This document shows positions 1 to 9,245 of a stretch of DNA of 64,000 nucleotides, piece after piece. The stretch lies in IMG/VR virus record IMGVR_UViG_3300032116_000002. The stretch is one strand, 5' to 3'. Each line of letters opens with the position of its first letter. Positions within the stretch are counted from its first letter, which is position 1. The stretch is from a virus. Its lineage: Duplodnaviria; Caudoviricetes. A model generated the notes under the pieces. The model was not told where the DNA came from, made no database searches, and was given only the letters and a program-made list of their open reading frames with translations. The position numbers and the translations under genes are program-made.

Positions 1-71
1 AATGATGGATTCGGAGGTGCAGATACGTCTTGAGTAAATCTGACACCGCCCTTTGTTTGTCTTGTTGGCAT
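1..71 (-). CDS. Partial (3'-truncated) virion structural protein starting MPTRQTKGGVRFTQDVSAPPNPS
   Basis: Manual translation: ATG at 69-71, 4 nt after the stop of the 938 aa gene, open to the window edge. FTQDVSAPPNPS resembles the Pro-rich motif preceding GDxWY in the 486 and 1726 aa fibres. Not in the ORF track. Confidence 0.6.
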   Translation of the reverse strand, partial: MPTRQTKGGVRFTQDVSAPPNPS

Positions 72-75
72 AACT

Positions 76-2892
76 TTACGCCTGTGCTTCTGTCCAACTA
101 ATCCTAGTATTAATACTGTTTGATGCTGTTGAAGTTACATTTCTAGCAACAATTGTAATAATATCAGGGCCATCTGGATATTTGTTTAACGACCCTGTTG
201 GGAATGCCAATGCTGTTCCACCACCAAGAATACTTGTACCCAAATCACGAACAAGAGTCAATTCTTGTTGAGTAACACCTGGTGTTGTTGTGAAGAATCC
301 AAAAATAGCTTCACCACCTGTTACTGTACCTGTACCATTGTGGAAGCACACTTGTGCTAAACTACTACCGCCGGCAGCAGCAAAATTTCCTGAACTTACT
401 GAGGCATTCAGTAACACTGTGATTAAGAAACAACAGTTAGTTCCTGTAGTGTAGGCATCAATCTGTCGTAAAACCAACTGCATTCGATTAATAATTTCTC
501 TAGCACCAAGTAATCCAGTTAAACCACTATCTACGCTTGGTGCTACACGAATACTTAGTAACGGTACTGTTGCATTTTGAGCAATATTAGTAGCAGCAGT
601 TGTTTGACCTGCAACGAAAACAAGTGATTTATCGTCATCATATCTACCATCCATAACTACTGCACTACCCCAGTGACTTAACGTACTTGAAATTTGCGGG
701 GAATACAATTGTACTCTGATTGGTGCTGTAGCACTGTAAGTGAAGGTTTGTGCTGATGTGGCGCCACCTGTCACTGCACGACTAGTAATTGTCAGCGTAG
801 TATTTGTTCTCGCACTATAACTAATAAATTCAATAGCTGCACCAGTAGCACCGCTAGCAGTTAACACACATGTACCTGAACTAGGCCATAGTGAAACGTC
901 ACTTACACTTATAGTTGCGCCTGTTGTTGCACCACTTGCTAAGGTAGCAGTTAAATGAGTATAATACGGTAGTGTGTTCACTTCATATCTAGCGCACATA
1001 TTACCTGAACGCATCCAAGCTTCAGTGTTCAATAGTAAGTTGTTATTGGTAATTCTATGTGCGTATATAACTTCACCACGATTGTTTTTAAATCCAAATC
1101 TTATTGCACCTGCACCATACCAGGCATAATCAATATAAAACATTTGAATTTTTGTTAAATCAAGACTAAATCCACTTGCTCCCGTACCATCACACTTGTC
1201 AATATTCCATTCACTTTGCGGAAATCTAAAATCTCTAGTGACGCTTAATTGACAGTTAGTAGCAGTTGTGCCTCTGAATTCAGGATAAATATGCATGGAT
1301 GTGTCACTAATAATAGTTTGCACCAAATAGGTCATGCCTCGTATTACAATTGAATCACCTGGTTTAAGTTGACTGCTGAATACTGTCCCAGTACCTGTTA
1401 CGGCAGCTGCGCCGTTAGTTACTGCAATAGTACCAGTTAGCTGTAACGTTGAATTGCGCTTTACTGCATATAGTTGCTGTCCATCAAATTCAAAGAAAGC
1501 ACCGTTCTGATTATCAAATAACCCTACACGGCTTCTACTACCATGCCAACTAGTTGGCGCGGCTATTACTGGGGCACCTGTAGCAGGACTTGCACTTGGC
1601 GTACTTAATGCTGTGTAAGTAAATGTTTTTGGTGTGGGAGTTGTTGCTATAGTAAATGTACCGTTATATGCAGCTTGAGCAGCATTTTGTACAGTTATAG
1701 TTGCACCTGATATCATACCATGTGGCCATTTCGTTGTTACTGTTACTGTTGTACCACTACTTGTAACAGTATCAAGCTGAAACGGTGGTTTCATCATTGT
1801 ACCAGTACTAAATTGTGTACCTTTACCAGATTGATAACGGAAGTAACGACGGGTTTGGCGAATAGTTTGATAGCCATGATAACCATTACCTGCAGTAAAT
1901 TGTACTCCACCATCAAATGCACGGTGTGTGATATAACCTAATGCTCTTGTGTATATACTTGCATTTAACACTGCTGTAATTGTACCTGTTGCTGTACAAG
2001 CAAAAGTAAATGTGTTATTAGTTGGTGTACTTGCGACTACCCAACTACCATTCAATGTGCCAGTTGCCCCAGTTGTACCAACAATATAGATACCATTACC
2101 TACTTGTAAACCATGACCATTAGTTGTTGTTACTGTTGCTACTGTACCGCTTAGTGAGATTGCATTAGTAGCTGCTGGAATAGCAGCACCAGTGTAGAAT
2201 GTAGCTGCATTAACATATGATTTAGTGGCATCATATAATGCAGCAGCAGGAGCTGTTGTTACTCTATAAGTAAAACTTGTGTTTGTTGTTACCGTCTCAC
2301 ATACCCACCATCCATCTGCATATGCAGAATCTAATGTACCTTGAACGAATATAGGAGTACCTGCTGCTAGACCGGTCGTACTTGATGTAGTGACTGTTAC
2401 CAATGTACCCGAAGCAGTAATGTTAGAAATACCAGTTATTGGAGTAGTAACATCGAAAAACGCACTAGGACGATTGTTTAATAATGTAATACTTTCCCAC
2501 TTAGTTGGTTGTGTACCATATTCAAAGTCAGTATCAATTAACGCTTGCGGAGTTGATACACGCATTTTGCCAACTGGATCCATAAACGTTTCTGCTGGAA
2601 TCATTTCAATGTAAGTTTCTTCAACTAAAATGGCAAGTTTATCTGTGCTTGCGTGTGCTGCTGTATTATAATTCAACACGATGGATGTAGTTTCTAATCC
2701 TGAACTTGTATTAACAGAATTTGTGAAACTACTTGCCGCTAATGACGGGTCACTGAAATTATAAATTACTGTGTTTCTAGTAACATTCGTAATCAACATT
2801 AATTGTTCACGGCGTATATATTTTCCGTTAACAACTATTGTACTTGTACTTGGGGTGAAAGTATAACTTTCTAAAATTACATGCTTTGCCAT
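76..2892 (-). CDS. Virion structural protein (938 aa) with three internal ~55 aa beta repeats
   Basis: Long ORF with GGAG RBS. Motifs RVSTPQALIDTDFEYG and MFYIDYAWYGAGAIRFG recalled from T4-like aquatic phage structural proteins. Three xSGTxxTVTT..G..I.V..NG.(W/F)..TFT(Y/F) repeats. Confidence 0.75.
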   Translation of the reverse strand: MAKHVILESYTFTPSTSTIVVNGKYIRREQLMLITNVTRNTVIYNFSDPSLAASSFTNSVNTSSGLETTSIVLNYNTAAHASTDKLAILVEETYIEMIPAETFMDPVGKMRVSTPQALIDTDFEYGTQPTKWESITLLNNRPSAFFDVTTPITGISNITASGTLVTVTTSSTTGLAAGTPIFVQGTLDSAYADGWWVCETVTTNTSFTYRVTTAPAAALYDATKSYVNAATFYTGAAIPAATNAISLSGTVATVTTTNGHGLQVGNGIYIVGTTGATGTLNGSWVVASTPTNNTFTFACTATGTITAVLNASIYTRALGYITHRAFDGGVQFTAGNGYHGYQTIRQTRRYFRYQSGKGTQFSTGTMMKPPFQLDTVTSSGTTVTVTTKWPHGMISGATITVQNAAQAAYNGTFTIATTPTPKTFTYTALSTPSASPATGAPVIAAPTSWHGSRSRVGLFDNQNGAFFEFDGQQLYAVKRNSTLQLTGTIAVTNGAAAVTGTGTVFSSQLKPGDSIVIRGMTYLVQTIISDTSMHIYPEFRGTTATNCQLSVTRDFRFPQSEWNIDKCDGTGASGFSLDLTKIQMFYIDYAWYGAGAIRFGFKNNRGEVIYAHRITNNNLLLNTEAWMRSGNMCARYEVNTLPYYTHLTATLASGATTGATISVSDVSLWPSSGTCVLTASGATGAAIEFISYSARTNTTLTITSRAVTGGATSAQTFTYSATAPIRVQLYSPQISSTLSHWGSAVVMDGRYDDDKSLVFVAGQTTAATNIAQNATVPLLSIRVAPSVDSGLTGLLGAREIINRMQLVLRQIDAYTTGTNCCFLITVLLNASVSSGNFAAAGGSSLAQVCFHNGTGTVTGGEAIFGFFTTTPGVTQQELTLVRDLGTSILGGGTALAFPTGSLNKYPDGPDIITIVARNVTSTASNSINTRISWTEAQA

Positions 2893-2896
2893 TTAA

Positions 2897-3325
2897 TTAA
2901 TCTCCTAATGCGATGGTAGTGGCTGAAAATGGGTATCTTCTTGTTTGTTTATTTGCGCTTGTGTTTGTAATGGTTACAACTGCTTGATCGCCTACACCAG
3001 GCGCATTATAAATTATCAAATTGCTACCACTCACTTTATATCCTCTAAAACTATCATAATCTACGATCCAAGGCCATGTGTACTGTGTAACATATGGGCT
3101 TAGAATTTGTCCGTTTATTATTACTTGAACATCTCTTGAATCAACTACATTACTTATACTGTTATAGTCTACTGCTAAAGTAAAGACTGCTTTTGATCCG
3201 TCAAAATATAAGCTTATGTCGTTACAAGAAATAGGCGGAATAAGGCCATTATATAAATTAGCCACATCGAAGGATACATTTCCTACAAAGTTAGTTCCGC
3301 TTGATTTTATTACTGTAAGTGCCAT
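2897..3325 (-). CDS. Small structural protein (142 aa) carrying a divergent FDGSKAVFTL beta module
   Basis: ORF 19 nt downstream of a GATAAATA motif. Contains a variant of the FxG(D/N)G..T.(F/Y).L...NG....Y...G..(L/I) module repeated across this locus. Confidence 0.7.
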   Translation of the reverse strand: MALTVIKSSGTNFVGNVSFDVANLYNGLIPPISCNDISLYFDGSKAVFTLAVDYNSISNVVDSRDVQVIINGQILSPYVTQYTWPWIVDYDSFRGYKVSGSNLIIYNAPGVGDQAVVTITNTSANKQTRRYPFSATTIALGD

Positions 3326-3343
3326 AATTTGTCTCTAATATTA

Positions 3344-3351
3344 TATTTATC
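3344..3351 (-). promoter_or_regulatory. Putative T4-type late promoter GATAAATA
   Basis: Intergenic, 19 nt upstream of the ATG at 3325; resembles the T4 late consensus TATAAATA. Confidence 0.6.
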
Positions 3352-3388
3352 AAGAAATTGATATCAACTGTCTTGAATTCCTAATTTT

Positions 3389-4306
3389 TTATAATGTGAT
3401 AGTTCCGGTACCGGTGAATGTATAAATTTTATAGCCAGCAGCAGCAGTAAATGTGGGAGACCCACTAGTAAAAAATGCGTCACCCAATGTATCTGAATAT
3501 CTTAATATAACCAATCCAGAACCACCATTACCTCCTAAATCAGTGGCGCCGCCGCCAGAACCACCGCCACCGCCACCCGATCCTGTGTTGGTAGTTCCTG
3601 CCACTCCTGGTGAACCTGAATTTCCTCCTCCGCCTGTTCCACCTGTTCCGGCAGAAGAGCCTCCCCCACCGCCTGCTCTTGTAGTTGCGGTACCAGTAAT
3701 ACTGGATGATGATCCTGCGCCGCCGGAAGTACCACTGCCAGCACCACCTGCACCACCGCCACCACCTCCGCCGTTACCCGGACCAGCAGCACCATTATTT
3801 CCCTGACTTGGTGAAGTTGATGGAGTATTACCTGCACCACCTGCACCACCGTCACCTCCTCCGCCTCCGCTTCCCCCACTTTTACCTACATAGTGACTAG
3901 GCGAACCAGACCATCCAATTGCGCCTCCTCCTCCACCCGTAGAAGTAATAGTAGAGAATATACTATCGGTCCCACTACTTCCTGCTGCTGTACTAGAAGT
4001 GACAAATCCTGAAGTAGTAGCTCCGGAACCGCCCCCGCCAACAGTAACGCTTAAGTTTACTCCTGTGGCTACAGTTAATGTACCGGTCCTATATCCACCT
4101 GCTCCGCCTCCGGCGCCTCTTGCACCGCCACCGCCACCTCCACCTGCAATTATTAAATACTCTACTTCATAGGTACCTGGTTTACCATAAAGTCCAGTAC
4201 TGGTAAGTTGCTGAGCATCTGCAATTGAAAAAAATCTTCCTGTAGTGCCTCCGCTAACTGCTGGTAGTGCATTTCCAATCACATTATAATTATTTCTTTG
4301 TCTCAT
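3389..4306 (-). CDS. Glycine-rich domain protein (305 aa), candidate fibre tip or adhesin
   Basis: YLIIAGGGGGG...GGSGLVILRY...GYKIYTFTGTGTITL frame shared with 20057-21274 and 42258-43220. Confidence 0.75.
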   Translation of the reverse strand: MRQRNNYNVIGNALPAVSGGTTGRFFSIADAQQLTSTGLYGKPGTYEVEYLIIAGGGGGGGARGAGGGAGGYRTGTLTVATGVNLSVTVGGGGSGATTSGFVTSSTAAGSSGTDSIFSTITSTGGGGGAIGWSGSPSHYVGKSGGSGGGGGDGGAGGAGNTPSTSPSQGNNGAAGPGNGGGGGGGAGGAGSGTSGGAGSSSSITGTATTRAGGGGGSSAGTGGTGGGGNSGSPGVAGTTNTGSGGGGGGSGGGATDLGGNGGSGLVILRYSDTLGDAFFTSGSPTFTAAAGYKIYTFTGTGTITL

Positions 4307-4317
4307 TTAAGTGATCC

Positions 4318-7300
4318 TTACCTTATCGCAAATGTACTTGTTGGTGCTGTAAAGTTTGCAGTGTATCTTGCAACACCTCTAGTGATACGCAGTTCGTCTA
4401 TATATCCATCAAAAGGTCTATCCTGTCCTATTGTTTGACCGATTAATAATACATTTGTTGATGTAAATGTTTGTGTCCAAGAATTAGTATTAGTTGCTAC
4501 AGAGGTTCCGTTAACGAATAAACGATTTGTTCCACTGTTTCTACTAAAGGCAATATGAGTCCATGTTGTCACACTAATAGCAGAGGAACCTGCAGCAACA
4601 GTGGCATTAGACGAAAATGATCCTGCATAAACTTCTGGAATACCACCATTAAGATAAAAACTAAACGCATCGTTGCCATATGCACCACTAACGCGGGTGT
4701 CTAAAATAGAATCTAAACCAGTTATACTATTAACGTAAATCCAACATTCTATAGTCATATCACCTGAACCAAATACTAAATTTGGGGTCATGACAACAGA
4801 AAAATAATCCCCTGTCCCATCAAAGTACAATGAGCTACTGCCAAATTTTTTCTGCACTATGCTGTATTTTGCATCACCTACAGTTTCTAAATTATTTTTA
4901 CCTGTATGATCGTATATGCCGGCGTTGATGAAGTTAGAAAGAAAAACTGTATTAGCGTCGGCAATAAATGGAGAAGTTGGTGGAGTAAATCCGATTGTAT
5001 AGCGGCGAACCGTAGAAACTCTAACCATACTCAAATAACCATTAAAATTACCCTGAGCTATTGCTCCTATTAAAAAATTATTTCCGGCTTGCGGCGATCC
5101 AGCAACCGTATATCCGCCGACATTCACACCGTTAACATACATTGTCATAACGCCATTGTTACCAACAATGGCTAAATGACTCCACTCTCTTAATTTAATA
5201 GAAGCAGAAGAAGGTTGATATATTTGTGAGCCATTATAATAATAAGAAACTACTACACCACTTGAATTAGGACCAAAATCAAAAGCTTCACTTGATGAAG
5301 TGGGGTCTCCCCACCCTATTACATTACTATAGTTGGCACTATTGACTGTACCTCCAAAAGCTAAAGGATAAATATAATATTCAAGAGTAAACTGACCAGT
5401 ATACCACAATAAAGTCGGTATTCTTGTAGAAGGCGTACTTAAATAATCCCCACTACCATCAAAATAAGCACTACCTCCTACCGTAGCTACACTATAAACC
5501 GCATCTGGTGCATAGTGTGTGAAAGGTTGTACTTGAATAGATCCAGCACCAGTTGAAACAGTATATGCATATTGACTAGCATCAAATGCACCTCTATTTC
5601 TCACAGAAAACATATAAACTGTTTGACTAGATTCAGGAGGGTCTTGTCCACCACTTGTAGCAGTTATTGTAGTAGGTGATGTAAAATTAGAGGTATATAC
5701 TGCCCGACCTTTAACAAATCTTACCATGTTGGTATACATTGTCATATATGTAGGGGAGTCTGCTGTCCAATTATTGATACTAACACCTTGCCAAAGCCCA
5801 ATTGCCCCTGATAAATCTCCTCTACTTAACCAAGGGTTAATTTGACCACTTACAGTAACAGGTGCTCCTGCTACCCCATTTAAATAAGAGGTTACAGTGG
5901 TTCCGTTATTTGATCTTACTAAGGCCCAATGACTCCATTGTCCTGTAGGCATTGTACTAGGAAAATTAGCTACACTTGATGCTTGATCTCTATTACCAGT
6001 ATCAGGTCTTACTTCTGCACCTGTCAAAGACACTGCAATAGCTATGTCTGCGTTGTATGCTGTTCTCCTTGCACCAAATATAAATATAGGTAAGTTACCG
6101 GCTACTGGAAAGGCCCACCCTTCAATCGTAAAATTTTGTCCGGAAGCAACTGTGAAAGTTGCTTGATTAGCTGTATATGCAGAGGTAGAGCCATTCAAAT
6201 AAGCACTATAACCGCCTAAATTAAAAGGAGTAAATGTGCCTTGGCTGGCATTACCGTTTCTAGCAATTATATGATTAAAAGATGAATCATCTATGAATCT
6301 ATTATTATTTTCACCTTGGTAACTCTGTAGTGTAAGTAGTCTAGTATTTGTAATGACAGTTAGTGGTGAGACTGGTGGTACAAATGTTGAGGTATATAAC
6401 ACTGTTCCTCTCAATAATCTCACATTACTCATATAGCCATTAAAAGAAGTACCAGCACTTCCGCCTCCGATGTTGAAGGTGCCTGAATTATTTGGATAAA
6501 CTGCGGTAGTGTTTGATGCAACTTGAGTTCCGTTTAAGAAAATTCTCGTTGTTGTCCCATCAAATGTGTATGCGACATGATACCAACTTCCTGCTGTTAC
6601 TAGGTTATTTGCACTTCTAATTTCATTAGTGCCGTTAATTCCTAATGCTAAACTTGCAGGATTACCTGCACTTACTTGATACACATAAAAAAGTAAATTA
6701 CCTGTTCCGCCTGTTCCTATAGTTGCAAACCAGGAAGCACTTGATCCTGCTAAACTAGATGGATACATCCAAAACTCAAGTGTGTAGCTGCCGGCGGTTG
6801 ACCAGTTATCAGAATATGATGTTGTTAAATAATCCCCAGTACCATCAAAATATCCGCTAGCTGTAACAGCAGATTCTTGACCAAAAGGATTAAAAGCAGT
6901 TACAGCAACATCACCGGTTTTTGTGATAGTATGATTGTTTGAACTAGTGTCTACAAATCTATTGCTTTGACAAGTTAATAATACTGTATCTGGTATCGCT
7001 GATAATGTAGAGGTTGGTGGGGTGAAGGTTGTTGTATAAAGTCCAGTACCTTTTAATATACGAAGATTAGATATATAACCGTTAAAAGTGTTCTCATTAA
7101 CAGGTGACGCACCGTTCCAATATGTACCAATGCCAAGTGGCGCTGATGATCCATAGTTATTAGTGTCACTGTAAGTTGATCCTGACTGAATACCATTAAC
7201 AAATAATCGAGTTGAACCCGAATTTCTACACAATGCAATATGATACCATTGTCCTGTAACTAAAGATGCACCTGTAATTCGGTCAGCATTCGCTGTATAA

Positions 7301-8259
7301 TAACGAATTGTGCTGCTGATGTAAAGGTGAGGATTGGTACTAGACGCACTAGTTAGATTACTGACTACTGTTTGTAGCCCCGTAGAATTAGGATACAACC
7401 AAAATTCAATTGTGAAGTCACCTGTGCCATATCCATAGCTTGAATTATCTGGAACAGTTAAATAATCTCCGCTACCATCAAAATTATTACTCCAAAGAGT
7501 ATAGTAAGGATTAAATCTATTTGGTCTTGCGTCACCGAATGCAGTTATATTAAAATTATTTGTGCTAGCATCACTTAACCAAACATTAGTTAACGGTTCC
7601 CCTTTTAATAATAATGTTGTATCTTTAAAGTTAGGTTCAGATACTTGAATAGTAACAGTAAACGTTCGTGTTACTGATTGACCTTCTGCATCCGATGCTA
7701 TAACATTAAAACTATAGAGCGTATCTGAAGTCAATCCAGCTACATTACCGCCTAATAATCCATCAATAGCTAGTGTTACTCCCGGTGGCAATGAACTGCC
7801 TGCTGCCACTGAGTAGTTTAAATTACTATCACTTACCGCAGAAAGATAAAGTGAGAAAACATTATCAGTAAGATATGTTCCTAAATCACTGTTTGTAGTC
7901 CAAGAAGGATTACCACTGAATCCAAAGTTACCTAAGAATACTGCTGCACTACCATCTGGATTAATAACAATAAGTTGATATAAACCTGTTGTGACTGTAC
8001 CAAACTGAACACGCAATTCAGTTGCGTTTACAAATGTTACTGTACCGGCTGTTGTTCCGGCTAAAACACTACAACCGTTAACAAATTGTGAACCTCTTAT
8101 AACAATGAACCCACCGGTATTGTTTAGTCTTGTTTGTGTAATAGGATTCCAACTACTATCAGTAATTGTTACTGAACTTACAGAACACAATGCACTCACA
8201 ACAGATGTTGCGCTGTTGTTTATTGAAACTCTTTTTCTACTGAGTAGATTAAATGACAT
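4318..8259 (-). CDS. Multi-LamG (concanavalin A-like) virion protein (1313 aa): IPT/TIG-like, Ig-like, about 5 LamG
   Basis: Repeated FDG(T/S)GDY..FT(I/L)E(F/Y)W..W.H.A..R..(L/I)(F/Y).NG..F.GY(I/M)S..R motifs. N-terminal GFIVIRGSQF..LRV..INPDG TIG-like segment and SLPPGVTL Ig-like segment. Confidence 0.85.
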   Translation of the reverse strand: MSFNLLSRKRVSINNSATSVVSALCSVSSVTITDSSWNPITQTRLNNTGGFIVIRGSQFVNGCSVLAGTTAGTVTFVNATELRVQFGTVTTGLYQLIVINPDGSAAVFLGNFGFSGNPSWTTNSDLGTYLTDNVFSLYLSAVSDSNLNYSVAAGSSLPPGVTLAIDGLLGGNVAGLTSDTLYSFNVIASDAEGQSVTRTFTVTIQVSEPNFKDTTLLLKGEPLTNVWLSDASTNNFNITAFGDARPNRFNPYYTLWSNNFDGSGDYLTVPDNSSYGYGTGDFTIEFWLYPNSTGLQTVVSNLTSASSTNPHLYISSTIRYYTANADRITGASLVTGQWYHIALCRNSGSTRLFVNGIQSGSTYSDTNNYGSSAPLGIGTYWNGASPVNENTFNGYISNLRILKGTGLYTTTFTPPTSTLSAIPDTVLLTCQSNRFVDTSSNNHTITKTGDVAVTAFNPFGQESAVTASGYFDGTGDYLTTSYSDNWSTAGSYTLEFWMYPSSLAGSSASWFATIGTGGTGNLLFYVYQVSAGNPASLALGINGTNEIRSANNLVTAGSWYHVAYTFDGTTTRIFLNGTQVASNTTAVYPNNSGTFNIGGGSAGTSFNGYMSNVRLLRGTVLYTSTFVPPVSPLTVITNTRLLTLQSYQGENNNRFIDDSSFNHIIARNGNASQGTFTPFNLGGYSAYLNGSTSAYTANQATFTVASGQNFTIEGWAFPVAGNLPIFIFGARRTAYNADIAIAVSLTGAEVRPDTGNRDQASSVANFPSTMPTGQWSHWALVRSNNGTTVTSYLNGVAGAPVTVSGQINPWLSRGDLSGAIGLWQGVSINNWTADSPTYMTMYTNMVRFVKGRAVYTSNFTSPTTITATSGGQDPPESSQTVYMFSVRNRGAFDASQYAYTVSTGAGSIQVQPFTHYAPDAVYSVATVGGSAYFDGSGDYLSTPSTRIPTLLWYTGQFTLEYYIYPLAFGGTVNSANYSNVIGWGDPTSSSEAFDFGPNSSGVVVSYYYNGSQIYQPSSASIKLREWSHLAIVGNNGVMTMYVNGVNVGGYTVAGSPQAGNNFLIGAIAQGNFNGYLSMVRVSTVRRYTIGFTPPTSPFIADANTVFLSNFINAGIYDHTGKNNLETVGDAKYSIVQKKFGSSSLYFDGTGDYFSVVMTPNLVFGSGDMTIECWIYVNSITGLDSILDTRVSGAYGNDAFSFYLNGGIPEVYAGSFSSNATVAAGSSAISVTTWTHIAFSRNSGTNRLFVNGTSVATNTNSWTQTFTSTNVLLIGQTIGQDRPFDGYIDELRITRGVARYTANFTAPTSTFAIR

Positions 8260-8260
8260 A

Positions 8261-8590
8261 TTAAGTTACCTGAGTTCCAAATAATGTAAAGCTGACACTA
8301 GCTGAGTTTGCAAATACTGTTACGATATCAGTCGCAGCTAAACTCATACCAAATGATAATGATACTGTATCGTTTGCTGGAATCGTGCTATTGTAAATTA
8401 AATAATGCTCACCAGTTAATGCTGCGCCATTTTTTCTAGCAGCAACACGGTATGAAATTCCACTAGCGTTTTGATTACAGATGACTAATGAACTTACTAT
8501 CGCACTTGTGTTTGCAGGCGTAGTGTATAAATCTGTATTTGTACTCGCTGCTACACTTGATTGCCCTAATATTTGATATGAGAATGCCAT
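8261..8590 (-). CDS. Small adaptor-family protein (109 aa), divergent member
   Basis: VSSLVICNQN...YLIYNSTIPANDT...TDIVTVFANS..VSFTLFG matches the pattern of the five MA(N/A)PN paralogues and occupies the same cassette position. Confidence 0.7.
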   Translation of the reverse strand: MAFSYQILGQSSVAASTNTDLYTTPANTSAIVSSLVICNQNASGISYRVAARKNGAALTGEHYLIYNSTIPANDTVSLSFGMSLAATDIVTVFANSASVSFTLFGTQVT

Positions 8591-8604
8591 TTTTATTCCT
8601 TAAA

Positions 8605-9219
8605 TTATGCCATGAAGAAGAAAGGATGCGGCGTAGAATTATCTGTAATAATTGTAGTCGTTGATGTTGACGCCGGTCCTAATGTTACTACTTCAATAGG
8701 TGATAAGTTTGGTGGTTCAGTAGAAAAAGTTATTATATTGTTTGTTAAACTGTATGTACTTTTAACTTGTGTAATACCGCCCACTGTTACTAATGTATAG
8801 TTTTTATTTGCTGGTGTTGTACTTAATGTGAAATTTACTGTAGTTCCATCACCTGTAAAAGTATCATATACAACTCCAGTGATAACACCAATATTTGTGC
8901 CTGTAGTTGTGCGTACTTCTATAATTGCCCCTGGTATAGGAGTACCAGTAAATGTGATAATATTTGAATTTAAGGTATAGGCAGATTTTTGTTGAATAAC
9001 ACCATCAATATTTACAACAACATAGTCTGAGCTACCTGGTGTTACGCTTAATACGTATGATATTTTAGATCCGTCACCTGCAAATGTATCAGTGATTACG
9101 CTGAACAGTGATCCAGTTACTGGAGTTCTAGTCCAACTATTAGTTGCGCTGGAATAGGTATATGCAATACCGTTTACTACTGCTGATTGTCCATTAGTTG
9201 GTGTTGTTGGGAATGCCAT
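8605..9219 (-). CDS. Short shaft protein (204 aa) with two DTFxGDG modules
   Basis: N-terminal FPTTPTNGQ..YTY..NSW motif, two DTF(A/T)GDG modules, hydrophobic end PHPFFFMA. Confidence 0.75.
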   Translation of the reverse strand: MAFPTTPTNGQSAVVNGIAYTYSSATNSWTRTPVTGSLFSVITDTFAGDGSKISYVLSVTPGSSDYVVVNIDGVIQQKSAYTLNSNIITFTGTPIPGAIIEVRTTTGTNIGVITGVVYDTFTGDGTTVNFTLSTTPANKNYTLVTVGGITQVKSTYSLTNNIITFSTEPPNLSPIEVVTLGPASTSTTTIITDNSTPHPFFFMA

Positions 9220-9237
9220 AATTATAATCTCTGCATA

Positions 9238-9245
9238 TATTTATC
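9238..9245 (-). promoter_or_regulatory. Putative late promoter GATAAATA
   Basis: Overlaps the upstream stop codon; 19 nt upstream of the ATG at 9219. Confidence 0.55.

Noticed and set aside
3453-3900. Pro-rich, His-rich and Val/Glu-rich short ORFs overlapping the Gly-rich gene (also 20065-20744 and 42319-42709)
   Set aside because: These are antisense or alternate-frame shadows of GGN codon runs; they recur at all three Gly-rich genes and have no independent signals.
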